Shown here: positions 1-11,158 of the stretch, piece after piece
How positions within the stretch are numbered: position 1 is the first letter of the stretch
Layout: each line of letters begins with the position of its first letter
The notes under the pieces: model-generated
The model's database searches: none
What the model saw: only the letters and a program-made list of their open reading frames with translations
Told to the model about the DNA's origin: nothing
NCBI GenBank assembly: GCA_027923505.1
Contig: BROI01000004.1
Coordinates: forward strand, 744,001 to 808,000
Length of the DNA: 64,000 nt
From: Mayamaea pseudoterrestris
Lineage: Eukaryota
Direction of reading: 5' to 3'
Translations under genes and position numbers: made by a program

Positions 1-1420
1 CGTCCAGCAAATGAAGCTCGTCATGGACATCGTCGTCGTCGTCATCATCCGTTTCACTTGTAATGCGAATAATGTTGCGAAGACTCTTATTGTTGCCGTC
101 GCCTTCATCCTCCTCATCGTCGTCATCATCATCGTCATCCTCACCACTGCCTCCCAAGAAACCACCAAGGCTTCCATTCAGCAAGTCACTCAAACTTCCC
201 ATGGCAACAATGCGTTTCGCAGGCTTTTTTCCAGCTCCGCTCGAGTTGAGCAGCGGTCCAACATTGAGACTACCAAGAATGCCATTCATAATATTGGCAT
301 CAGCTGTTTCCAAATCCTGCTTGCTGTCTTGACTGTTGCGTCTCGACGACTTGCCGCCGCCACTAACATGACTGTTCATATGCCGCAGTCCCGTCTTACT
401 CGCCTTGCTGTCGCAATGCCACGACGCGTGGTGATGGTGAAGCAACCACTTGCCATTGACCTTGCGAAAAATGTTGGTCGCCAGCAGCTTGTTGACCAGT
501 TCCGTCTGCCGTTTCTGGCCCTGCACAAAACGTCGCGTGTAAACGTGCTCCTCGCACGTGAGAATGGCCGTCGTGGCGCCCTTGACGGCCAGTCGCATCT
601 GGTGCGGCTCAATCATGGTGCGTTGATTGGTGGGATTAATAAACAGTGTTTGCCAGCTTGACAGTATTGCTTTCGTGCCAATCAATGCGCGACAGGCGGG
701 ATGAATGCATGTGGCGGTGCCATCCTTGGTCCATAGTGTGGCCATGTGTGAGTAGTCTTGGTTCGAAAAGGCCTTGTAGAATTGCGCATTGACATACAAC
801 ACTGATCCGCAGTCGTCAATGTGCAACTGCGAAATTTCCTTTTGGAGTTTGGCCGCCGCGTCAAAGTCGCGCTGCTTGGCGGCCAAGTACAAGTCTTGCT
901 CGAGCTGCGACTCGTGCTGCTCCAATGAATCGTCGACGCTCGACTGCGGTTGCGGCGGTGCAATCAAAATTACCTTTTTCAGTTCCTGCTCCAAGTCCAC
1001 CGGAGCATCGGGACTGGCGAGAATTCGATCCATGTCGGCTTGGGCCTGCTGGAGACGCATCTTTTTGTGCAAGTCGTGCACCTTTTTGCTGTTCGTTTCA
1101 TTGTTTGCGTTAATTGTCGTTGATGCTTCTGTCACGTTCGTTTGGCTTGTCGGTTGGAGGCGCTGTTGTTCTTTCGGCGCCAAAGAGTGCTCGTCGTTGC
1201 TGAATTCATGATCGGAGGAAGACGACGATGCGTACAAAGAGACTGTCCATGCATTAGTTCGTTCTAATGGCGAGTATTGACTGTGTCGAGCCGAACAAAA
1301 CGTTCTTTCATTATGTTGTTGCTGATGCGTCGTGGTCAAGAAAGTCCATGCTGACGTTGTTTGCGCCAGAAACCCAAGCGATGAGCTCAGTAGTAATAGT
1401 TGTAAAGATCGCGTTATCAT
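1..1420 (-). CDS. Plastid-targeted UVR + SnoaL/NTF2-like domain protein, 3' end runs off the window
   Basis: Not in the ORF track (no stop inside the window); translated by hand from ATG 1420. MITRSLQLLLLSSSLGFLAQTTSA-WTF is a signal peptide with an ASAF-like cleavage site. LEQDLYLAAKQRDFDAAAKLQKEI is UVR-like. NAQFYKAFSNQDYSHMATLW..CIHP..LIG..ILSSW..ATNIFRKVNGKWLLHHHHAS is SnoaL-like. Confidence 0.8.
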   Translation of the reverse strand, partial: MITRSLQLLLLSSSLGFLAQTTSAWTFLTTTHQQQHNERTFCSARHSQYSPLERTNAWTVSLYASSSSSDHEFSNDEHSLAPKEQQRLQPTSQTNVTEASTTINANNETNSKKVHDLHKKMRLQQAQADMDRILASPDAPVDLEQELKKVILIAPPQPQSSVDDSLEQHESQLEQDLYLAAKQRDFDAAAKLQKEISQLHIDDCGSVLYVNAQFYKAFSNQDYSHMATLWTKDGTATCIHPACRALIGTKAILSSWQTLFINPTNQRTMIEPHQMRLAVKGATTAILTCEEHVYTRRFVQGQKRQTELVNKLLATNIFRKVNGKWLLHHHHASWHCDSKASKTGLRHMNSHVSGGGKSSRRNSQDSKQDLETADANIMNGILGSLNVGPLLNSSGAGKKPAKRIVAMGSLSDLLNGSLGGFLGGSGEDDDDDDDDEEDEGDGNNKSLRNIIRITSETDDDDDDDVHDELHLLD

Positions 1421-1994
1421 TCTATTCTATTGTTGTATCGTTGTCTGTAAACTGTATGGTTGTTGCTTGGAGGAAGAAGAAGGAGCGTGATGGTGGCAGA
1501 TCGTTCGAACAAGCGTTTCGGTTGATGGAGCAGCTGCAACCGTGCGTCAGTCAACCGCGACCCAGAAGCGTGACTGAAAAGACACAAATGTAGCTCACTC
1601 GTTTGATGATAAAGTCAAGAACACCGCAGCGAACAACACATCATGCTGCTACTACATTTGCCGCTCCTCCATCAAGTTTTAGAGTTGAAATTTGCGAAGT
1701 ATCGTGTTACATCCGTAGCAGAGTGTAAGCTTGTAGAGTACGTGATTACAAGGAACAACACTCGGCAATGCTCGCTCGTTACTACTTGCGCGCGGGAATG
1801 GAAAGACGTTGCAAATAGCAGCGTGATGTATGTGGACTCCTTTCCGCAGTCTCCCATCGAACAAGCTACCGCAACGACCGAACAAGCCTCCGCGTAGAGC
1901 CAAATTCGACCGATCCCACGTTACGATCAGAGGCAGTACAGTACTAAGCAACATCGTTTCGGTTAGCTCGAAGCTGCGCGTTATAACACTCACC

Positions 1995-2752
1995 ATGAGC
2001 ATTCCATATTATCCCGTCCAAAAGTCGCCTGCTAAGGTTGCTGCAGAAGAACAAGGAAACGATGAGGTTTCCAGTGAAATGGATACTGTCCTGGTGTCAA
2101 ATAGAAGCAAGGTATGTCATGTTTCGTTTCTTGTCCGCGGGATAAACTCGCTCGCAGCTTGTAATGTTCCGCCGATTCGTCATGTTGAAGTGTGAATGAA
2201 ATTCTTGTTCGAAGCGCACAACTTGCATGCGTTTAGAAGGAAGGACACACAAATTCCATTGCGCCGCTCACTTTATTGAATATTTGTCAAAGATGCAGCA
2301 GGGCCCAAACGCTCTCGAGGACGCAAAGGGTACGTCTATCTACCTTGCAAGATTTGTCGTCCGCGGTATGCGCCACTTGTCGAGAAAAGTGCGATTCATT
2401 TGTACTGACGTTGCTATTTTACATTACACTCTTACCAGACGGCGTGTACTACGCCGTGTTTGGCGCTCGCGACTATGGTTTCTTTTTGCTGCAAAACTTG
2501 AATGGTTATGCCAACGTTCACAAGGCGCGACATCGCACTGCTCGCGACACCTCGCACAATCAATTGGAGGAAAACTTTGCACGTTACTCGAAGGGAGTCG
2601 TTGAGGTTGCAGTGGTCGAGAATTATGTCAAGGTGCTTGTGGACGCTGGCGTGTGGGACGATTCGTTTGCTGAACTAGCGCAATTGAAAATGAATAATAC
2701 TAGTAGCGACGGTGTGGCGGCCATTCTGGACGCTGAAGATGGAAGTGTTTAG
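1995..2752 (+). pseudogene. Three-exon hypothetical gene with an in-frame TGA (pseudogene or recoded)
   Basis: ATG 1995. Introns 2112-2157 (GTATGT..CGCAG) and 2330-2438 (GTACGT..TACTGAC..CCAG) join the 1830, 2227 and 2276 ORF frames. One TGA at 2197-2199 lies in KCE*NSCSKRTTC..FHCAAH. Confidence 0.4.
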
Positions 2753-3340
2753 TCAGTATACAAGCATAGCTCGACGCGACATTGCGGACATGCGTGGGAG
2801 ATATGACAACGGTGCGGGCTCGAGGTGCTCTATTCATGCTTTTATGCTTTATCTTGTCAAGCGACTAGTTTAGAATATTACTTTAAAATTTGCCTGCTTT
2901 ACAAGCTAGAGATACTGGCGGCTTCATCATTCGTAGCGGTTGCATTTTTCTACCAGTAGATTTTCCTCGCGATGACATGCAGAAAAGTTCATGTATAAAC
3001 CACACCGTGAATCTGATCCACAAACTGCATTTACTTCTCTGCGATAAACATCATGGTCATCAACAAGCTCTGCTAGCCATCAACGACATGACACGTTCCG
3101 GCTTGCCTGGTTACGTTTACGTCGTCCCGGGACATATCTGTCCCGATCACAGGGCGGCAAACAAGCCACCAAATCGGCAGCGACGCCATATCATGCGCAC
3201 AATACATGCCGGGACAAGCATGACTTAGCTGTATGGTGCAATGCGTCCGACAATGCCGTTGAAAGAGAGACAAGCCATGGGACCGCCTAAGAGCCCATTC
3301 GCACTCACGCTTCATAATTGATTGTCGTTCATAAAAAAAG

Positions 3341-4532
3341 CTAACCTCCTGATCCTCGAGCTATTGCTCCATCCACCAAGTACGCATCGTTCTCCTCGTC
3401 ATGGGGAATGGCGGTTCGCTGCGTTCGGGCCAAACGATACTGAGCCAATCTACGTTCGCCACGACTCATCGCTGCTGCTTCCGCTGTGCGTTCCACCGCG
3501 TCGTCGTGTTCTTCGCCATTACCGTACGGAATGATTCGCTGCGTTTGATGCTGAGCCATTCTACGTTCGCCATGACTGGTCGCTGCTACTTCCGCCGTGC
3601 GTTCCACCGCGTCGTCTTGCCGCTCGTGTTCTTCAGACGCTCCTCCTCCTGCTGCTGTTCCTCCTGCTCCTGCTTCATTCGCAACATGTTTATCATTTAA
3701 ACACTCCAAAAATGATTGCCGACAGCATGGACAAGTTTCATCCTGCAAGAGCCAATTCAAAATGCAAGCGTGGTGAAAAATGTGGTGGCACTGACGATTG
3801 AACGACTTTGAGACTTGCGCGCCAGCGGAAAAGTCGTCGAGGCAAATGGGACAGCATGATGACGACTCGGCATCTTGTGATATTGTTGGTGGTGGTGCTG
3901 GCGAAGTAGCACCATCAGCAGAAGTAGCAACGCCGTCAGTAGTATCACCAGAGACAATCGCCGTCGCTTCATCGTAAGGATACGTAATCAACACATGCTC
4001 CAAGAAATCGCGTCGACTCGCTTCACTTTGAGCAAGATTCATGTGATTCGTTCCATTCATGCGCACCAACAGACTTGGTCGCGGCTCATGCATGTCGGTG
4101 AGTTGCACGCCCATGTGCTGCAAGATGCGCCGCTCCTGCTCGCTCCAGCGCAGCGTGGCGCGAGGATCGTCGTGATGGTACAAGTTTCTGCGCGCATTCG
4201 TGGCTGGTGGCGAAAAGTGCATGAGTAGGCGGCATCTGTGTGTTAATATGAGGAACGACATGAATGTTAGTATCAATATGAGGTGCGAGAAAGTGTGTCA
4301 CGTGATGTGATTGACTACAACCTCGCCTCTACCTCATCAATCATTTTACAAATACTCACAATACTTTTGTCACGAGCCAAACCACTATAAATATTGCAAT
4401 CATGATTCCAAAGAAAACGAGCGACTGCAGAAACAAGACGCCACTGCCGCCACTGTTGCTCGTGTCGGCCGATGACTGCAGGTGGCGGCGAAACGCAGCG
4501 CGCGAATGGTCGTCGTTGGATACTCTTGACAT
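3341..4532 (-). CDS. Transmembrane RING-H2 (ATL/RNF-type) E3 ubiquitin ligase
   Basis: Exon 1 4532-4360 has the TM segment VLFLQSLVFFGIMIAIFIVVWLV. Intron 4359-4236 (GTGAGT..CACAG) joins in frame to exon 2, which carries CPICLDDF..CHHIFHHACILNWL..CPCCR. Confidence 0.85.
3440..3617. repeat. Intragenic imperfect duplication (~65 bp core, ~110 bp period) in the RING gene C-terminus
   Basis: DDAVERTAEVAATSHGERRMAQ and DDAVERTAEAAAMSRGERRLAQ; the DNA copies start at about 3440 and 3551. Confidence 0.85.
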
Positions 4533-4864
4533 GCTAAAGCGTGCAGTAGTCAATTGCTGCAATCTCAAATGAAAATGGTAGAGAGACGCCAAAAGAGACA
4601 AGACTTGCAGAAGAAAACCCAGCTGGGCGCATGCATGCAGTCAACCACGAAAGAAACGGAATAAGCGTCGTGGCGCGCCAAACAGTAACGGTACGACTCG
4701 ATACAGTACCCGTACGACTTTTTGTCACGCACGCGCAGGACCAAAGGTGCGACGGAAAACGATCTGCCACAAAATATGCATGCACTCCCTTCATCAACCA
4801 AGCCTTTCCGTCCTCTACTGCTTTCTCTATCACTTAGTATCTTCCTAGATACAAACGGCTAAAC

Positions 4865-5686
4865 ATGAGAAGAATTTGTCGGACAATGGTTTCGGCAATT
4901 GGCCTAGCAACAATACATCGCACCGTCTCCCTGTCACATTCTTCACAACCACCGTCATCAAAATCACAATATCATCACCATTCATCGCAACTGCAGTCTC
5001 GATCCAACTTTTTGGCTAGCACGGCCGCGATTCTCCTTTCCACTCCAGCCATTGCAGCAGCAGCAGATAATGAAGATTCACTGTCGTCAACAGTCACAGC
5101 CTTCAAGCTTCCCTCTGGCTTGCAGTACATTGAACTTGATAATGATCAGCAACAACAACAATCACCATCAAACGAACGCGATATTCAGTCAGAAGCAGCA
5201 GCAACACCTGCCTACGGCCAGTTAGTTTCCATTTCCTACACGAGCTACATTCAACTCCCCAACTCCAAAAGGAAGCAGCAGTTCGACTCCGTACCCGCCT
5301 TTTTATACAAGCACGGCAACGGCCGCTGCATTGCCGGTTTGGACGAAGGCATTCACACCATGCGCGTGGGACAGTCACGCCGACTGTTAATTCCACCCAA
5401 ACTGGGATACGTGGCGAGTGGACTGGGGCCGCTGCCGACGAGTCCGTGGAATCGCTACCAATTGAATCGCTTGCTGGATGACATGGTGCAAGCGCGATCC
5501 GGAACGCTCATTATGGATGTCAAGCTACTGGCCATTGTCAATGATGAAGCCGATCAAGGTTACTATAGCGACAAGAGCTTGACGCCGGAGGAGTATGAAA
5601 CGTTGAAGACAAACATGCAGCTCAAAGCAGCCGCGGCGGCGGCGGCGAACAAGGAGGGTAAACTGCGAGTGGAGGAGCGGCCGTAG
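4865..5686 (+). CDS. FKBP-type peptidyl-prolyl isomerase, probably plastid/thylakoid-lumen (FKBP16-3-like)
   Basis: LPSGLQYIEL, GQLVSISY, HGNGRCIAGLDEGIHTMRVGQSRRLLIPPKLGY. The N-terminal SRSNFL..PAIAAA resembles a lumen-targeting segment. Confidence 0.85.
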   Translation: MRRICRTMVSAIGLATIHRTVSLSHSSQPPSSKSQYHHHSSQLQSRSNFLASTAAILLSTPAIAAAADNEDSLSSTVTAFKLPSGLQYIELDNDQQQQQSPSNERDIQSEAAATPAYGQLVSISYTSYIQLPNSKRKQQFDSVPAFLYKHGNGRCIAGLDEGIHTMRVGQSRRLLIPPKLGYVASGLGPLPTSPWNRYQLNRLLDDMVQARSGTLIMDVKLLAIVNDEADQGYYSDKSLTPEEYETLKTNMQLKAAAAAAANKEGKLRVEERP

Positions 5687-5819
5687 TTTGAAACACTTGG
5701 CAAGTCTTTTTGTGTAGTCGTTAAAGTTAAAACGGGTTGTGTATGTACAAAGGGTTGAACGTAAAGTGACAGGCCAAAGTCATGTGTTAGTTAGCTGTCA
5801 GCGAACTGCATTATGTGTT

Positions 5820-6695
5820 TCAACAATGCTCCACTTGACCCGACAACCCCAATAGTTCCAACTGTACTAGAGACCGCTTTAGCTTGCTCTCCATTTTCGC
5901 CTCGTGCCACTTTCGTCGCTCGTCGTCATCAAAATTAACGTTCCAATTCACACCATCCAGCTTGACGAGCTTGCACTTGCTCGAATTGCGAAACAGTTTT
6001 TGAAGCACTGCCACCGTCGCCACCTCCTCAATGCCGGCGTCGTTTACATTGGTATGCAAGCCTTCGGATACCATTTGAAAGCCAGTGAGTGACAACTTCT
6101 TGACGTTCCATATTGCCAGCGTGTTCCATGGACATGTCAGTCCGTTCAAAGTGCAGCAGCAAGATGTATTAGTACTACTACTAGTGCCGGCTGTTGCTCC
6201 TTGATAGTCATGACCCGGCAGCATGGCCCCCACCACCAACGTATTTGGCTCGTCGACAATGTGCGACAGCAACTGATCCATGGCAGTTTTCGGGGCAAAC
6301 GTTTCCGCCGACACAAAGACAATGTAGTCGAATTGCTGCATGGCCGCGTAGCCGACGAGCGCGTTGAGTGCCGGAACGAATCGTCCCCACGGTTGGACGG
6401 GAAGAATGTGCAAATTGGTAGCTCCTTGTTTCGCGCATTCCGCCAAGACTTCTCGATGCAAATTATAGTTTGGAATCTGGGGCGAAACATCCACCGCAAT
6501 GACTCCGCGCGTTTGCAGCGAGTCGCAGAAGGTGCGAAAGGAGTTGATGCTGCGCGACAAGTCGGGTGGTGGTTTGGAGGAATGGCCCAAGTGTAGCCTC
6601 GTGGCGACAATGATGCGGGATGATGGCTCTGACATGGCTGTATGAATGAGAGTTGATATTAGTATGGTCAAGATAGTCGGCGCTTGATGTTGCAT
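5820..6695 (-). CDS. Conserved hypothetical protein, possibly GT-A/glycosyltransferase-like fold (true start may be Met at ~6635)
   Basis: 291-aa ORF with globular composition (VQPWGRFVPALNAL, YIVFVSAE, CPWNTLAIW). The fold assignment is a guess. Confidence 0.6.
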   Translation of the reverse strand: MQHQAPTILTILISTLIHTAMSEPSSRIIVATRLHLGHSSKPPPDLSRSINSFRTFCDSLQTRGVIAVDVSPQIPNYNLHREVLAECAKQGATNLHILPVQPWGRFVPALNALVGYAAMQQFDYIVFVSAETFAPKTAMDQLLSHIVDEPNTLVVGAMLPGHDYQGATAGTSSSTNTSCCCTLNGLTCPWNTLAIWNVKKLSLTGFQMVSEGLHTNVNDAGIEEVATVAVLQKLFRNSSKCKLVKLDGVNWNVNFDDDERRKWHEAKMESKLKRSLVQLELLGLSGQVEHC

Positions 6696-6889
6696 GAGAC
6701 AAGTGACGCAGGAGTTGGATCATGATCCGATCTTCATGGTCGCGCAAACGAACCTCATCCATTCGTGTCGCACCATCAACCGTTTCCTTCTTTTCATGAT
6801 CGCTGTAACGCTTGCTCCGCCTTTGAATTTCGGCAGCGCGCGAACGAGTCACCATTACACGGCACAAAGTATATACATTCCTTTCAAGC

Positions 6890-8458
6890 ATGGCATCGCA
6901 GAGACGAAGTACGCGCGTGCAAATCCAGCAGGCCGTGGCCGAGTCATTGTCGTCGGTAGCAAATGGAGGCGCTGCTGCTGCGGCCCCTGCTGCTGCTGCT
7001 GCTGCTGCAGTCGATCCTGTTGCTTCCGCCGCTGTCGACGAATCGTCGGTTCCTCGCAAACGCGACCAAGCATCCAAACGGAAACAGAGCAGTCAGAAGG
7101 AGCAGCAAGCGGAAACGAATATCGACGTTGAATCTGATGGTGTTGGCGATGCTGACTTTGGAGACAGCAGCAGCGAGGACGAGGAGGAGGCTGTCGAAAA
7201 AGCCAAGCAGCCAGAGCCGAAGCGTTTGAAGAAAATCACAGGTAGTATGGCGGTCGCAAAGTGGACCAAACCAAAGGCGTCGTCTCCTAAAGTGTCAAAG
7301 GAAGAGGAGGGTACAGTGGCAGCGTCCTCTCAGGAGCAGCAGGAACAAGTCTCACCATCCATTCCCAAAAAGAGCAGCAGCAGCAACGCCATTCCGCGGC
7401 GCAAGCAAAACGAGTTGGCGCCGCAGTCGTTGCTTGTCGCGCATTTAAAACCTGCTTCGGTCTTTGATACTACAAAGAGTACTTTTTCTACTAAACCTAT
7501 ATCGTCTACTCTTTCAAGTAGCACTACGGCGCGCAGTAGTAGCCAGTCGTCCAAACCAGTGGCAAAAACGACTACTGCTGCTGCTGCTGCACCTTCTTCA
7601 CTACCGGTAGCTCCTCCGATGAACAACAACATTGGTAGTCGAGCCATGGGCGGTAACCGCTCCAAGACCCCTCCTCCCCCACCCTACAAATCTTCAAGCG
7701 CGACATCCGTCCAAGGTTTACCAAAGCATTACCAAGAGCGACCCGGAATCAAGGAAAAGGCAACGACGGAAGCTGCAAGGTTGCCTCCCACCGACTTGCA
7801 TCAGCGACAGTACAACATGCCACCGCCGCAGCAACAGCAGCAGCAGCAACCGCTTAAGCAAGTTACACCACTGGAGCGCCAAGCCATGACTTACATGCAC
7901 GAATTCTGCCGCAACATGCGGGAACGCGATGACCGCTTCAAGTATTTTAAGACCATACGATCCGTGGATTTGGGCGGGTCGTTTCTGTGGCGCAGTTTCG
8001 ACGACCCGGCCCGATTTGATTTTTTCGACAAGAATGAGCGGGGTGAAATTGTCTTGCAGCCAAAGCAACCAATGTTTCCGGAAGAGTTTGCGCCGGGAAT
8101 GATGAAGGAGCATCCGCTCTCGTGGTGGGGCATTGCCGATCCGGCTGTTGGAGAAGGCAAGTATAAACCTGCTGGTACTGCTACTGCTACTGCTGGAAGT
8201 GAGGCGAAGCAAGCTCCATCAAATGCGCCACTACCAAGCGCAGCTCGAATGGATCCGTCTCGATTGGCGGCTGCGGCACCAGATCCTTTGCAGTATGCGC
8301 CACCCGCCGCGCGTGGAAATTACCCGTGGAATAGTGGGCCGCCACCATTCGCTGGACCTAATCAGCCGCCACGACGACACCATAGCTATAACAATAATGC
8401 TCCACCGATGCAACCGCCGCCGAGGCGACAAAACTACCATCCTCCAGCGAGGCGCTAA
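6890..8458 (+). CDS. Hypothetical low-complexity, probably nuclear protein
   Basis: 522-aa ORF rich in Ser/Ala/Gln/Pro with basic clusters (PKRLKK) and one conserved-looking block (FDFFDKNERGEIVLQPKQPMFPEEF..HPLSWWGI). Confidence 0.7.
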   Translation: MASQRRSTRVQIQQAVAESLSSVANGGAAAAAPAAAAAAAVDPVASAAVDESSVPRKRDQASKRKQSSQKEQQAETNIDVESDGVGDADFGDSSSEDEEEAVEKAKQPEPKRLKKITGSMAVAKWTKPKASSPKVSKEEEGTVAASSQEQQEQVSPSIPKKSSSSNAIPRRKQNELAPQSLLVAHLKPASVFDTTKSTFSTKPISSTLSSSTTARSSSQSSKPVAKTTTAAAAAPSSLPVAPPMNNNIGSRAMGGNRSKTPPPPPYKSSSATSVQGLPKHYQERPGIKEKATTEAARLPPTDLHQRQYNMPPPQQQQQQQPLKQVTPLERQAMTYMHEFCRNMRERDDRFKYFKTIRSVDLGGSFLWRSFDDPARFDFFDKNERGEIVLQPKQPMFPEEFAPGMMKEHPLSWWGIADPAVGEGKYKPAGTATATAGSEAKQAPSNAPLPSAARMDPSRLAAAAPDPLQYAPPAARGNYPWNSGPPPFAGPNQPPRRHHSYNNNAPPMQPPPRRQNYHPPARR

Positions 8459-9026
8459 ATTGAGTCAGAGTGAAGCAAACTTTCGTGGAGGTGTTTAATC
8501 TCTGCGTCTTTGTTAAGGCTGCCGTGCCTTTTGAACATGAAGATGGCTACGTATACATTGAATTCTGGATTACATAGATAGCTAGACAAGTTATCCGTAT
8601 CAGCTTTATTGTATCTACAAGTTTATAATGTGAGTTGGCTTCTCCATGTTAATTCAATCGAATTTATCGCCGCCTGGGTATTTGTCAAGTGCAAATGTGA
8701 AGCACATTGTATTCAACTTGTTTCGGACTGGACCAAGTCGCGGTTTTTTCTGAGCAGGCTCGTCAATATCGCTATGCAAGTGCTCTGCGCAGGCTCCTGT
8801 TTAGGCTTAATGCGAACTACGATTCAGCCATTGTCAAACAGCCGGTTAAACTGTCAGCTAACCCAAAGCTTGAGCACTTCAACTGGCGCAAACAGTGACC
8901 TGCGCAGGCTCCTGCCTAAGTTCAACTCAAGCTATGTTTAAGTGTATATATAGATATAAATGAGTGACTTTATATGTTTCATGCGAAAATTAAGCGAGAA
9001 TGATACCGTGTGCACAAATAGTATCC

Positions 9027-10057
9027 TCATGTCATGGTTCCAACGCCGTTTGAAGTCACGGCTGTCACAGGCGCCCCAACAAATCCTGCGGTTCGAACGT
9101 CAAACCGCTCCCCAATGTAGCCGTCGTAGCCTGTATTTGCTGATGCCACGACAAAGTGATGAGACTGCTTCCCCGGACTCCGTGCTGCCATGGAATCTTC
9201 GAGCTCAATGTCAATGGCCATTTCCTGAAGAATTGATTTGCTCCAGGCAAAGGTCAGCGCAGCAAAACCGGCATATAAAACGGTCAGTACCATGCACATG
9301 ATGCTAAAGGCCAGACTTGATCGACGGACTGCCGTATCTGCTTGTTGCTCTCGCTCTGGTTCGCCTTCCCTTTGGTAGTCACGAATCTAAAATGTTGAGA
9401 GTTTCAAATGGAAAAGGAACAGACATTGACATGATGCGGCGACAAGTGTAAATTCAGAAAAGGCAGTTGAAGTGTTTGCAGAGGATACGAGAGAAATCGA
9501 TGAATATGAGCCGTTAAATTGAAATAGAATAATGAGAATTGGAAGCGAAACGCGAGGCATCGGTCGGCTATTTCCAGTCTCCCCTTTCTCTCGTTTCTTA
9601 CCTCGAATTCTCCAAACAATACGGAACAAACCAATGTCAAATTTGCAAACATGATTAATGCTCCAATGAAACTTCCTAATGCCAGTGGCGTCGTTTTATG
9701 GACACGAGAGCTGCAACACGTATAGTAGACACCCGTTGGGCTTTGCCATCCTAGAATGACAGTCCCAAATATAGCCATGAGTGTCGTCAGAACAGCCGTC
9801 CATAGTGCGCAGAATGCCATGGCTCGACTAGTCACTGCCATTTCTACGTTATCGTCTCCATTATCATTATTGTCGTTGCCTTGCCGAGCGTATTCATCGT
9901 CGTCGTAGTCTTTATTTGCCTCTCGAGCTGATAATGTGAATATTAATGCGACAATGAAGGAGACTGCACTTAATATTGTCACGAGTGTCCATAGTGCTGC
10001 CAGCAAGCTCCGTTTACTCGTACTGGAAATGGAGCCGTCGCATAAGGACGACGCCAT
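9027..10057 (-). CDS. Hypothetical four-TM membrane protein, 2 exons
   Basis: ATG 10057 (MASSLCDG) with three hydrophobic segments. Intron ~9601-9387 (GTAAGA..TTTAG) joins in frame to the 9027-9299 ORF, which has a fourth TM (LAFSIMCMVLTVLYAGFAALTF). Confidence 0.7.
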
Positions 10058-10345
10058 GGTCGACTTGTTTTTGTGGAGTTGGTTCAATCGGCACATTGGA
10101 TCGATTCTTGTTATGCCTGGCTTCCAAAATGGTATCTTGAGAAATGGAGGCATATGTAAATGCACGCGCGTCAATATTGAGCGAGCTTCATTACAGTCGT
10201 AGCGGTAATAAAGATTCGTCGTTCCCGGTACGACTCCATTCTCGTTCGGTAGACTTTCTTCGAGGCAATGCCTGGTCGTGCCGTCGTTCTGTCCCCGTCC
10301 AAAGTATTTGCGCAAGCCCGAGACTCAAGGAACAAGCAAGCAGTC

Positions 10346-10933
10346 ATGTCATCCCGAGTGATCGAAGACGAGGAGACCATCGACATTGAGACACTTCCAG
10401 TTGCTGAGGATGCAAAAGTAACCGTTGTGACTGACACGCATCGGCAAGTGATTCTTTCGCGAGCCGCTGGCAGTGGGAACACTCAAGGACGGCTTACTTC
10501 GGGTAGAGGAGGAAAGGAGACTAGCACTGGAGGAAAGCGCCAAGCGAGTACTGGTGGCGGTAAAGGTAAAGGCAAGGGAACTGGTGGTCGCGGGGTGCAC
10601 AAGTCCACTTCCTCGTCCAGCAAAGCGGGTCTACAGTTTCCAGTCGGGCGCATTGGTCGCTACTTGCGAGAGGGGCAGTACGCTGATAGAATGGGCTCCA
10701 CTGCCTCGGTCTACATGGCTGCGGTCTTGGAGTATCTGTGCGCCGAAATTTTTGAGCTGGCTGGCAATGCGGCGCGCGACAATAAAAAGTCACGCATCAT
10801 CCCGCGGCACATCAATCTGGCTGTCAAGAATGACGAGGAGCTCAACAAGCTTTTGTTAGGAGTAACGATTGCATCTGGAGGAGTCTTGCCGCATATTCCA
10901 GATGTATTGTTGCCAAAGAAGCTTACAAAGTAG
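10346..10933 (+). CDS. H2A: Histone H2A variant with long N-terminal extension
   Basis: [85 protein letters not shown]. The only plausible ATG (10346) is ~50 codons upstream of the usual SGRGGK start. Confidence 0.92.
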   Translation: MSSRVIEDEETIDIETLPVAEDAKVTVVTDTHRQVILSRAAGSGNTQGRLTSGRGGKETSTGGKRQASTGGGKGKGKGTGGRGVHKSTSSSSKAGLQFPVGRIGRYLREGQYADRMGSTASVYMAAVLEYLCAEIFELAGNAARDNKKSRIIPRHINLAVKNDEELNKLLLGVTIASGGVLPHIPDVLLPKKLTK

Positions 10934-11158
10934 ACGCGCATCCGCGGGTTGGTTTGCACTTTAGCTCAAGTTCGGAGCTTTGACGATGATACTGTAGGAT
11001 AAGCATACATAATATAATAGTGGCAATTGCACATCAGGAGTATCTGGCCGCGAATGTAAACTAGGTAGTGTATAAAGTTACTTTTTCTACCGGTACAGGA
11101 AAGTAAACCAAAGCAATCAAACAACAACTACTTTTTCCCCGAGCAAATGATTTAATAT

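Noticed and set aside
11..661. 216-aa plus-strand ORF (and 789-1211)
   Set aside because: Antisense shadow of the real minus-strand UVR/SnoaL gene.
9404..10315. 303-aa ORF as given in the track
   Set aside because: It reads into an intron and upstream into the H2A 5' region; replaced by the spliced 10057-9027 model.
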